A stretch of DNA of 64,000 nucleotides from the human T2T-CHM13v2.0 reference genome, Homo sapiens: NCBI RefSeq assembly GCF_009914755.1, contig NC_060936.1. One strand, 5' to 3'. The notes below the pieces were generated by a model that saw only the letters and a program-made list of their open reading frames with translations, was not told the origin of the DNA and did not search any database. How positions within the stretch are numbered: the first letter of the stretch is position 1; the number at the start of each line of letters is the position of its first letter. Both the position numbers and the translations under genes were made by a program. This document shows, one piece after another, positions 13,945-34,530 of this stretch.

Positions 13945-15950
13945 ATGTCCTTCCCCAATTCTATTCCCTTCTCAAACTCCATGTTTATGATTGTGTTATT
14001 TTCTTTCTTGTCTTTATTGTTTACATGTATTTGTGCCTCTAAACATTATACAGTTTTGCTATGCATGTTTTTGAGACACATACAGATGAAATCACACTTT
14101 GGAAACTTAGTTTTCCCACTCAGCTTTATACCCTTGAGATTCATGTATGTATTTATGTAGCTGAAATTTGTTAAATCCTACTTCCTTATGAATGTATTCA
14201 ACCCATGTTTGACTATATCACTATTTATCCATAATTATTGCTGACTAAAAGGGTCAAACTCTGTAAAATATTGAAGAGCCAAATACGAGAACCATGACCC
14301 ATGAGTGACACAGCCCCAGGAGATCCTGAGAACATGTGCCCAAGTTGGTCAAGCTGTAGCTTGAGCTTGATTTTATACATTTTAGGTAGACCTAAGATAT
14401 CAATCAATACATTAAGATGTGCATTCGTTTGGCCAGAAAGGCAGGACACCTTGAAGCTGGGTGGGGGGTGGGGCCTCCAGGTCATAGGTGGATTCAAAGA
14501 TGTTCTGATTGGCAATTGGTTGAAAGAGTTTCACTAAAGACCTGGAATCAGTTGAAGAGAGTGGCTGGGTTGAGATAAGGAGCTGTGGAAACCAAGGTTC
14601 TTATGCAGATGAAGCCTTCGGTAGCAGGATATAGAAAGAATAGATTGTAAATGTTTCTTATCAGGCTTAAAGGGTGTCAGACTCTTAGTTAATTCTCTCC
14701 TGAAACGGAAAAAAAAAACCTGGAAAGGGAAGAGAATACTCTACAGAATGTAGATCTTCCCCACAAGAGAAAGCTTTGCAGGGCCATTTCAAAATATGTC
14801 AAAGAAATACATTTTGCGTAAAAAGATGCTTGATTTTTTTAGGGCCTGCTGTCTGTCATGCTGGTATCTTATTGCTACAGGGAGTCTGTTTTGTCAGTTT
14901 TAAGGTCTCTGTGTTAATGTTCATGTTAATGTTAATGACTAATATTAATATTAGTCAGCTGTGCCTGAATTTCAAAGAGAGAAAGGTATAATGAAGTATG
15001 TCCAACCACCCATTCCCATCATGGCCTGAGCTAGTATTTCAGGTTTACTTTAGAATGCCCTTGACCAGGAAGAAGGGTCCATTCAGCTTATTGGGAGGCT
15101 TAGAATTTTACACTTGGCTTACAATTCTATAAGTAAATCTTCAGGTTTTCAAATTTTTGTTGTCACAAACACTGCTGTTATGAACAAGATCTACAAGTCT
15201 TTAAGGCTTAAGACTTTTTTTAAGAAATATTTCAAGGAGTGACATTTCAGGGAACAGGGAATGGATTTCTTTATTACTAAGTAAGCCAAATATTTCCCAA
15301 AGCAGTTGCTCCAATATATATTGGATCAGCAGAGTGTGCGATCAAATGGTGTCAAATTTTAAAATATCACCAAGTTGGTGGGAGCAAAATGGAGTCTCAC
15401 TGTGGTTCTAGTTAATTATTTTCCTGAATTCTAATGATGCTGAACATATTTTTCTTTATTATTGGTTATTTAATTTGCACTACATAAAGTGCCTATTTTT
15501 CTATTGAACTGTGAAAATTTAAAATTTTTATCAAATGAAATGCCTAGTTTGTATAGTATGATCAATTTTTACCATGCCTACTTCCCTGTAACTCACACAT
15601 CTACCAATTTAGAAACTATTTCCTTACCTGAAAGTTTCCTTGCATTATTTCTCAACAGATTCCTTCACTCCAAAAGTAACCACTGATCTGATTTCTACCA
15701 TCACAAAACAGTTTTATCTGCTCAAGAATCTCAAATAAGTGGAATCATATGATATGTAATTTTTTATGTTTTGCTTTCTTCACTTAGCATGATGTTTTTG
15801 AGATTCATGAATGTTGACGTGCTTCTTTGAAAATCTTTTTTTATCACTAAGTAGTTCTCTTTGTTCAAATGTATAAACACATAGATTGTTTTTGGTTTTT
15901 AGCAATCACGAATAAAGCTGCAAGGAACATTTTTCTACAAGTTTTTGGTA
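13945..15950 (-). mobile_element. Ancient L1M 3' fragments, interrupted by a MER4-family LTR
   Basis: L1M 3' UTR-like motifs (ttgagattcatg, tggaatcatat...ttcacttagcatgatgtttttgagattcat, aataaagctgc). Confidence 0.6.
14239..15123 (-). mobile_element. MER4-family ERV1 solo LTR (MER4D-like)
   Basis: gtcaaactctgtaaaatattgaagag...cctgagaacatgtgcccaag; ends gaggcttagaatttt...ttaca; about 885 bp. Confidence 0.85.
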
Positions 15951-15954
15951 AATA

Positions 15955-16743
15955 AGAACTCTTTCAATATCCTTCTCTGCTAATTCTAACATCTGCGTCA
16001 GTTCTAGGTGGATTTTAATTGAGTGATTCTTCTCTGCATTATGAGTTATGTGTTCTTGCCTCTTTGCCTGCCTGGTAGTCTTTTATTACATGACAGATAT
16101 TGTTGGGCGATGAAAATTTTTGTATTTCCATAGATTTTCTTGAGCTTTGTTTTACTATACAGTTAAGTTACTTGAAACATTTCGCTGTTTTCAGGTCTTA
16201 CTCTTGTGATTTTTAGGCATTTCTGAAACAGAGCCCAGTCTAAGGTTAATTATTCTTCACTTGTGAGGCAAAATATTCCTGAGAAATTTGCCCACTGCCT
16301 TGAGCATTATGTTTTTCCTGTCTGCTTGGTGGGAGCAGGCATTTTTTCCAGGTCAGCATCAGCACCGTCTCTGTTCCCTCTTTTGATGATTCTTTCCTGG
16401 GTAGCTTCCTCACTCATGTGCTGATTCCCATCAGAGTCCCTCTGCAGATCTCTGGAGTTGGCTGTCTGTGCAGCTCTCTCCTCTCTGGAACTCTCCCCTG
16501 TGAACTCTCACTGCCCAGGTCTTCCAGGACCAAGCTTCATCTCCTCATGTTAGGGAACCCACCTCAGTTCTGCCTCCCGGCACTGCAGCCTAGAAACTCT
16601 CTCAAGGCTGTTAGCTGGGGCAGTTGTAGGGCTTATCTTGTTTGTTTCCCATCCCTCAGAGATCACCTGTTGATTAATGTATTTTGCTGTTGTTTCAGGC
16701 AGAGAATATATCTGGTCCCTATTACTTTGACCAGATCCACGAA
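15955..16743 (-). mobile_element. L1ME-type 5' end fragment
   Basis: ctctgcagatctctggag...tgtgcagctctctcctctctgg...gcctagaaactctctcaaggc...gttgtttcaggcag. Confidence 0.7.
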
Positions 16744-17055
16744 TATTTTGAATCATATATTCATATTTTGAATCATAACCTCTCAGGTTTGCCACCCTGG
16801 GAGGTTATTTCCCTCCAGGGAAGGGGGTCATTGTTAACTTCAGGATGTAAGAGACATATGCCCTTCTTTAAAAGAAGAAATTGCTAATGGAGGTAGGTAG
16901 TGGAAAGAGCCAGAACGACACCGTGACAGCACCACTCTTCAGGGTGAGGGACATTTCCAGGGGTTCTCTCTTCTCCCTGAGTGTCAGAATCAGGAAGTCA
17001 TCCTGCTCAGCATCTGCTGGCATGAGCTTTTGTTGTGGTCCCTGCTGAGGGTTGA

Positions 17056-17369
<314 letters not shown>

Positions 17370-18803
17370 GAGAAAGTTCATTCTTAGTAGGAGGAAATGG
17401 AGTTGGAAAAAGAGTGTTTCTCTTTAAAGTTGAGCGCATGATAGAGTGAAACATTTGTCTTGAGGTGTTAACCTCTTTGCACACCTTAATATTTTTGCCA
17501 GCATTTTTACCTAAGAAGTAGTTTGCACACACAGCACAATAGTATTGGTAGTGGTTTCACCTGGTGTAAGATGAATGATCTGAAATGAATGTGCTGGCTA
17601 ATCTGGGGGATTTTCTTCCAGATCAAATTTGCTTGAGGGGAAATCCACATTATGTTGGACAGAGGTGTCCTCTCATAAAGAGCCTCCCAGGGATGAACTG
17701 CTGATGCAGGGCTGCCCTGTAAAGTGACTCTAGGAACATTTTCCCCAGTGCATTAGAAATTTCAGCATCTCTTTAAAGTCCTGCCTCAGGGACCCAAATC
17801 TTTGAATATCTCCCACATCTGCTCCAACAATTCAGTCCTCTTCACTTCATTATAGCAGTGTTAGAAATATAGTCCCATTTGCAGTTTGCAACTTGAATTA
17901 AACCAATAATACAAACATCCTAGAACAATGCATTTAAATTTTTGGTATTACAACATGAAATATGCAGACCAGTTTCAGCAAGTTTGAGAGAATAGAAATG
18001 TATAGTGCTAATGCAGCCTCTGGAATCAATAAACCTGGTTTTATTTCAGTAATCCCTTATAATTTCCCCTTCTAAATCACAGCATGAAACTAGTTACTTC
18101 TCTATCTTGTAAAATATTCACATTTGTATTTCCTACCCTGAAAATAATATTCTAAGGATTCAGGTAGATTATGCCAAGCACATTTGAGATCCAGATTGAT
18201 AACAAACATTGAGCATTTTCCTCATTTGGTTTTCCAGTCACAGGGTTTCTGAGAGATCCCTGAAATGGGAGCATGGTTCCAATGACTGAAAAGAAAGAGC
18301 AGCCTGCAGACTAACTGGCATGCAGCTTGGGCCAAGAACTGCCAAAATGACCTAGAAAGGATCTGCTGTGTCCTGACAGGCCTGAAAATTTCCTGCAGAT
18401 TCTGGCAAGGTGGTACAGGCTGTGTCTGGAGCTCAATATGAAAACCAGTTAGATTGTGGCAGCTGCTGATTAAAGAACATTGCTCCCTAGAAAGGGTGTG
18501 GAAAAATGAGAAGGGTGGAAATCTGCTATAAACTGCTTCACAAAAGAGGGAAAAGAGTATCATTGAACTTTATGTCAGTGAAGGATCTTTCCCGTTTGCA
18601 GAAAACTTATCAAAATAACCTCTCTTGGGCTTATCACATCCTACTGTTGACCCTTCTTCTAGCAGCTTAAACTTTTCATGTCTGTTAAAGAGGATTATCT
18701 CTCTTTTCATATCATTTTCTTCCTATACATGATGATGGTGAGGCATTTTATACTTTACACATATTTCATGCTTTATGTACATCATATCATTAAAATATCA
18801 CAG

Positions 18804-21386
<2,583 letters not shown>

Positions 21387-22914
21387 CATAGCAACACTAA
21401 GTAATCTATCTTGCAGGTAAGTGTACAGTAAAGAACTAAAAATTAAGTTATTAAAAGCATGTATTGAAAAGTAGATCTGAAAAAGTCTTTAAATTTTAAG
21501 CACATTTTGGAAAGCAGGTGAATAGCTACAAAAAATGTCACCCATTTGTGATTGGCTCCATTACCATCCAACATTTGAATTTCTCTAAAAGAAAGAACAG
21601 AAAAAAGATAGACAGTCTCAGACATTTGGGGGAATTTCTTTGCTTTTTTCCAGGTTTTATTTTTCTCCTTTTTGTTAATGAGTGTGGGGGTGTATCTGTG
21701 AAAATTTTTCCCAAAATTTTTCATCCAATGTACTTTATTTTACTTGACTCCAAAGCCTATATCCTTAAAATGGCATACTAAAGTCTGAAATTTCTCTGCA
21801 AATATTGAAACGTCTTTTTTTTTACCTTTATACTCACAATTTCTCTTTGTTATAGATGGTACAGAGATTATTTTTATTCTCTGTTAGTGAAAAAAAAATA
21901 AATGCTATTTTAAAAATATTTTTCTTCTTCTGGGTTTCAACACTTGTTCCATATGCTTTCTTATTACTTTTTCTCTCAGTTGCAGAACTAGATGGAAAGA
22001 ATATGCTTTTTGCAAAAACAGTTATTTGTCTCCATTCCCATGTTTCTGTTTATAACAAAAAGAATCTTAGCTTACTCACTCATAGGAAAATCAAGATAAA
22101 TTTTTGCTGGGATATTATTGCTGATTTACAGTGTTGATTTGATTTTCAAATATTCAAACATCTTGGATTTGTCTTGCTTTAGATATTTCTCCTATTAGGC
22201 ATCTCCTGGAAAACAGATACTAGTTTAAGGGCTCAAAACAATCTAACTCTACGCAGGCATTAGAGGTAAAGGCCTTCAGTTCTGGGGACATTGATCATTG
22301 ACTGGGGCTACACGGCTTTTCATGGGTCCCATTTTGACTGTCTGCAACATTTTTTGTTATCAGAATTCCAAAGAGGTACCTGAAAGGTTATGAGCAAGGG
22401 CTTTGGATTTCTTCTAAAATCACTTCCAATCAAATCATTTGCTTCTAAACTGTCATTGCTTACTAATACTCCCTGTACATTTCCCATTCCTCTATTCAGT
22501 AAATAAATTGCATTAAATTTGTGAGAATTTTCTTGAAATTTTGTCCTTAGTCCTTACTCAATTACATGTAAATCCTTACTCTGCTAGGCACTGTGCCAAA
22601 GCAATAAACCATGTCCTCTCAGACTAAACCAGGTCACTTCATTGTACATCACTATGGCATCCATACCTTTCTGCTATAACATGCATCAAACTTTGCAGTT
22701 ATGAGCAGGTTAACACCAGGGTTTAGCTTTCACAAAGCTTGATGGAGAATTAGTCCCACCAGGCTTCCAGTGGGTGGGTAGATCCTCAGGGCATACATCT
22801 AAAGGAGCCTTCTTACTCTTTGACAGATGAGGCTTGGGTCTCTGGCAGAAGTTGGAGCTGACTTGTATCTGGATGGGTCACTTTGGTTCTGGGAATAGAC
22901 TACCAACTCTACAC

Positions 22915-23087
22915 TTGGGGTTAGCAAACTACAGCCAAGTCCTGTTTTATTAGAATACAGCCATGTTCCATTTATGTATTGTCTATTGTTGCTTCAGCAA
23001 GTTGAGTAGTTGCAAAAGAGTATATGGTCTGCAAAACCTAAAACATTTACTCTCTGGTTCTTTATGGAAAAGGTTTGCTGAGCCCCA
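22915..23087. mobile_element. MER58A-like hAT-Charlie DNA transposon
   Basis: Terminal inverted repeats ggggttagcaaac / gtttgctgagcccc; degenerate 8-bp TSD ctctacac / ctctaaaa. Confidence 0.8.
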
Positions 23088-24244
23088 CTCTAAAATAGCA
23101 GGCAGCTTTCTTGGAAATAGTTCAGGCCCAGTCTATATGTGCGGAATAGGTTAGGCTAACCTCTGAAGCTGGATCTCCAAAAACTCAATTCCATCTCAGG
23201 TCTTGTAAATCTATTAGTCACTAAACTTGTTAACATGTATATGGTTATATGCTATGAACTTGACGGTGTGGTGCCAGGCTTGGATTGGTCTTCCATGAGT
23301 GGTCTATGGGCTCTGCCACTTGCTGCTAGAGACCCCTTCCACAGTCAGTCCTAAGAATGTTATTCCTTGCTCTGCAACGTTAAGCAGCTCTCTGTTGCTA
23401 CCTGATGACATTCACATGCCTTAACCTGACCTTCTCCACATGTGGACCTACTGCACCTTCCCAGCCTTAGTTTCCACCTCTCACCAAATACCTGTTAAAT
23501 GCTTCAGCCAAACCTGACTACTTAACACCTGTCAAACATACTTTCTCCACCTTGGTAACCAAATCATTTTGGGACCATTTAATCACATTCAGCTTCCTGT
23601 TGTTGTTTATTTGGGTTCTTGTCTCATGTACCCTACCGGGTTTTAAACTTTGTGCGAACAAGTTCCATATCTCCACTCATTTTTATATGCTCAGTAAAGC
23701 TGGCTGTTAGGAGGGACTTAGTGATGATTGAGGCCATTGATCGTTAGCACTGTTTCTTGAATTTGTTTGACCCTCAGGAATATTCACCTTTGGATGCTTT
23801 CAGTTAATTTAGAGTCTAGTGTATTAATATTTGTATCCCAGCATCGAATATCTGGCACATAGTAAGTGAATGAAAAATAATGAATAAAAGAAGGAATGAT
23901 CCCAAGTATTCCTACGAGGTGAGAAGAAAGTGGTCCTATTTACTAGGAGTGTTAGGGAAGCATTTGGGATCGTCGGCTCTGCTGCTGCATGATAGGTTTG
24001 GGACTCCGAAGACTGGCATTTCCTCCTTCTAAACTTGGAATTTCAATACATTACTATGAGGAAGACAAAGGTACATGGGACAGGGCCCTTCATCTAAATA
24101 ATATACCTCCTTGGGGTGTGATTAATTGAAAGGGACTATAAAAAGCTAAAAACAATGTTTGAGTGCTATCTGTCAGCCATAGTGATAAAGCACTCTATAT
24201 ACATGGTCTTATTTACTACTAACTACAAATGCATGAAGTTGATT

Positions 24245-25836
<1,592 letters not shown>

Positions 25837-25867
25837 ATAAATATTATAATTTTAAAACTTTTAAAAA

Positions 25868-28015
25868 ATTAACGGCTTTATTAAGGTATAATTTATATAC
25901 CATAAAATTCACCCATTTTAAGTGTGCAATTCAATTATTTTTAGTATATTTAGTGTGTTTATAGAAGTGTGCAACCATCACCAAAATCTACTTTTAGAAC
26001 ATTCTCCTCATCCCAGAAAGAAAACCTGTGCCCATTGAGTCACTTATCATTCTCAACTCAGCCCTAGGCAACCACTAATCTATTTTTCTCTGTATATGTA
26101 TTAGGTGATTCTGTTTCAATATGTGTTCTTTTGTGTCTGACCTCTTTCAAGAAGCATTATGTTTTTGAGGTATATCAATGCTGTGGAGCATGTATCAGAA
26201 CTTCCTTTTTATTGTAAACAGTATTTTATTGTATAGGTATACTACATGTCTTTCTCCATTCACCAGTTGGTAGGCGTTGGGTTTGTCTCCATCTGTTGGT
26301 TCTTGAGAATAGTGCTACTATGGACATTTACCTAAAAGATTTTGGTTGGACATATGTTTTCATTTCCCTTGGGTGTAGATACCTAGAAGTGAAATTGCTG
26401 GGTTTAAGGCAATTCTATATTTAACATTTTGAGAAATTATCATACTATTTTCCAAAAAATTGGCTACACCATTTTACATTCCCACCAGCAATGTATGAGA
26501 GTTTTGATTTTTTCACATCCTCTCCAACACTTGTTATCTTATTGTTGTCTTATTGTTTATAGTCAATCTAGTGGGTGTGAAGTGATATTGTGGTTTTGAT
26601 TTGCATTTTGCTAGTAACAATAGTGTTGAGCATTTTTAAATGTGCTTATTGGTCATATCTTCTTTAGAGAAGTGTCTATTCAAAGTATTTTGCCCATTTT
26701 TAAATTGGATTATCTTTTAATATTGGATTGGAAGAGTTCTTCTGGATATGTCACTTATTAGATATCTGACTTATTTCTTCCCTTTTGTAGGTTGTCTTTC
26801 ACTTTCCTGACCGTGTCTTTTGATGTGTAAAATTTGTAATTTGGCTTACGTTTAATTTGCTGGGTTGTTTTTCTTTTCTCACTTGTGTTTTGGATGCTGT
26901 GTCTAAGAAATCTTTGCCTAACCCAAGATCACAAAGATTTACTAGTATGTTTTCTTCTAAGAGGTTTATAGTTTTAGTCCTTACATTCAGGTCTGCGATC
27001 TGTTTTAGCTAATTTTTGTGTATGGTGTTAGGTAGGGACCCAAATTAATTTTTTGCAGATGGATATTCAATTGCCCCAGCACCATCTGTTGAAAATAGAT
27101 TTTCTTTCCCATTTAATTTTCTTGACACCTTCATCAAAAATCAATTGACTGAAAATGAAAGGGGTTATTTCTGGGCTTTCAATTATATTCCATTGACCAA
27201 TACATCTGTCCTTATGCTAGTACCATACTCTCTGTATTACCTTATCTTTGTAGTAAGTTTTGAAATTAGCATAAGTCTTTCAATCCTGTTCTTTTTCAGG
27301 ATGGCTTTGGTTACTCTGTCTTTTGCATTTCCATATAAATTTTAGGATCAGCTCATCAATTTCTGCAGAAAAGCCAGCTGGGATTTAGACAGGCATTGGA
27401 TTGAACCTGTAAGAATTTGGGGAGTATTGCCACGTTAATAATATTTAGTCTTCTAATCCATAAATGTGGGATGCCTTTCCATTTACTTGTCTTTAATTTC
27501 TTTCAGCAATGTTTTGAAGTTCTTAGTATACACACCTTGCTTTTGTTATATTTGTTCCTAATAGTTTATTCTTTTTGATGCTGTTGTGAATGAAATAATT
27601 TTCTTAATTTTATTTTCGAGTCTTCATTGCCGGTGTATATAAATACAATTGATTTTTGTATGTTTATTTTGTGAACTTTCTGAACTCATTTATTAATTCT
27701 AGGGGTTTTCTTAAGTGGATTCCTTCAGATTTTCTATGTATAAGATCATGTCATTTGTGAATAAGATAACTTTACTTCCTCCTTTCTAATCTGAATCCTT
27801 TTATAGATTCATTGCCTAATTGCCCTGACTAGAACCTTAGTAGGTGCTGAATAGACTGATAAACATTATCATCTTTATCTTGTTCTCAATCTAAGGGGGA
27901 TAATATTCAGTCTTTCACCATGTGAAATATGTTAGCTGTAGGGTTTTCACAGATTTTTTTTATCATGTTGGTGAAGTTCCCTCCTGTTTCTTATTTGTTG
28001 AGGATTTTCTTTTCA
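25868..28015 (-). mobile_element. L1MB (MB7/8-like) 3' UTR plus ORF2 portion
   Basis: ggctttattaaggtataatttatataccataaaattcacccattttaagtg 3' end followed by reverse ORF2 homology. Confidence 0.85.
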
Positions 28016-28189
28016 TGAGTGGATAGATATTGTTTTTATTCTTATTTACCTATAAGGAAACTAGTATTCAGGTGACCTGACTTCAAAGACCAAGTTCTTA
28101 ATCATTGTGCTATCTCTATAGCACACTCTTCCATTTAATTTTCACTCTACCCCATCTCTGAATTTGTTTAGCTCACCTTGTTAATGTTG

Positions 28190-29226
28190 GTGTTCTCCAG
28201 GATTTTCAGCCCTTCCTCTGGTTATTCTCTCCTGAAGTGAGAGTATGGCTTCAATCATTCATTTGTAAGCTGATGACTACAAAATCTGTATCTCCTACCC
28301 TCACAGAGCTCTAGTACATCTTAAAGCTTCCAAGACTTTTCCACTTAGATATGTAAAGAACTTCCCAATCCATCATGTCCTAAAGTGCTCCATTACCCCC
28401 ACTCTACTCAACTGGGCTCCACTTTCCAGCCTGAAACCTGGTGTGATCCTATAAGCTTCCCGGTCCTTGGTCCCTCTTCTCACTTTTTCTAATCAGTTGC
28501 CAAGTTCTGCCTATTTTAACCACCAGAGCAGTCCGGTGGTTTTTGCAGTCCATTCTTTTCTCTTCACCTCCACTGCTACTATCTTGCTCCTGCTTCCAGT
28601 CTTGTTCCCCCTTAAATTCACCCCCCACATTACCAACAGAATGATTTCTCTGAATTACAGCTACTCTGACACTTAAATTCTTCAGAGATTTCCTATTCCC
28701 ACAGCACAGCAAGCAAGGCCTTTCTTCAGAAGTTCCATTTTGTACACTAGGATCTTCCACCAAATATTAAAGTCATTAAATGCACATTAAGATATCAATT
28801 TTAATAGCTGCATGATACTTCCATCATTTGGAGATATTATAAATTATGTCACCAGAACTATTTCTACTTTCCTTTGCCTGTCATGTTGACTCATGCCTCA
28901 GTGCTTTTTGTTTATTCTGTTGTTTTGAGAGGTTCTTTCTCCTTCAACACCATCTGCTCTATTCCTTTACACCCTGAAAAGCCTGACCGACTAGACCCTC
29001 CTTTTTGAAACCTTCCCCTAACTCTTTCAGAGCTAATTATGCCTTCCTCTGTATTCTTCTCAGAATATTGCAGAAGCCTATAATATTTCATGTATTATCC
29101 TGTATTATAATTGTTGGTCATTTTTTTACTCTCACTCTAAGTTTGAGTACAGCATTTAAACTAGATTTATATAGAGTACTCCCACAATATCCAGCATATA
29201 GAAAATACTCAAAAAATTTTTGTTGA
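28190..29226 (+). mobile_element. L2 fragments
   Basis: gctgatgactacaaaatctgtatctcc (L2 RT ADD motif region); L2-like 3' end at ~29200. Confidence 0.65.
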
Positions 29227-29744
29227 ACTCTCCTAAATTTGGCTTTGTCTATAAACTTCCTTGCTTTTAATAGATCATTTTCTAATTTGTCAAAATTTAA
29301 ATGCATTTTTAAGAGAACATACTTAAGAAATAATATTTTGAAAATTACAAAGTAACATATGTTTATTTTAGATTGCATGGAATACATAAGCTTGAGGTGA
29401 GTATTCCTGTGCAAGTGATTTTCCAAAGGAGCATGCTCAGAAGAAACTGGACTACAGTGAAGGGAGCAGGATAGGAAAGGGGAGAAACTAAGCAAAGATT
29501 TGGTCTGATCCCATGGGGAGCTCTGGAGGGAAATTGCACTACAGAACCTCTCCTGCCTTGAGACAAGCAATGGGGGCTCTTGTACCTAACCACCCTCACA
29601 CATCTGTCCATTGTTGGCTTCCATGATTGGCATGAGGCACAAAGTGGAGAGGGAGAAATGCAACTTTCAGGCCCCACCAGGCAAGGAGGCCCCAAATAGC
29701 TCAGGGAAATGCTCCTGAGAAGGGTGCAGCCAAAGGGAAGGAAT

Positions 29745-34138
<4,394 letters not shown>

Positions 34139-34249
34139 CAAAGGGAAGGAATCTGAAACCTCAGGTCTGGACAGGGCACCAAACCACCTGCTAGAGTAGG
34201 GTAAAGTGCTCATAGACAGGGATCTTAGGGGTGAGTTGAAAGCAGGTGA

Positions 34250-34430
34250 GAGATTTATTCCACAACTGGTTCATTTTGTTCGCCTGCTGTGTCACACACT
34301 GTGCTAGTCACACTGGTGACAAAAAAGGCAGACAGTACTCCTGAGCTTTGCTCCTGAGCTTTCTTCTGGCCACGGATATGGGGCGGTGGGGAGTCAGGAA
34401 GTAACCAAACAGATACATCAACAAGATCAC
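34250..34430 (-). mobile_element. L2 3' fragment
   Basis: cgcctgctgtgtcacacactgtgctag...ggcagacag resembles the reverse L2 end. Confidence 0.5.
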
Positions 34431-34530
34431 CAGTGGATGGCAAGCTAGAGAGGAACCCAAGAAGCAAGGGAAATCTTGTGAGCCATTGTCTGAAAGATCT
34501 GGAGTCTGAGTTGTTGAGCTCCTTCTGTTT

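Noticed and set aside
22080-22205. 126-nt minus-strand segment with good acceptor (tttttccag) and donor (GTGAGT) as a coding exon
   Set aside because: Stops in all three frames and no partner exons found
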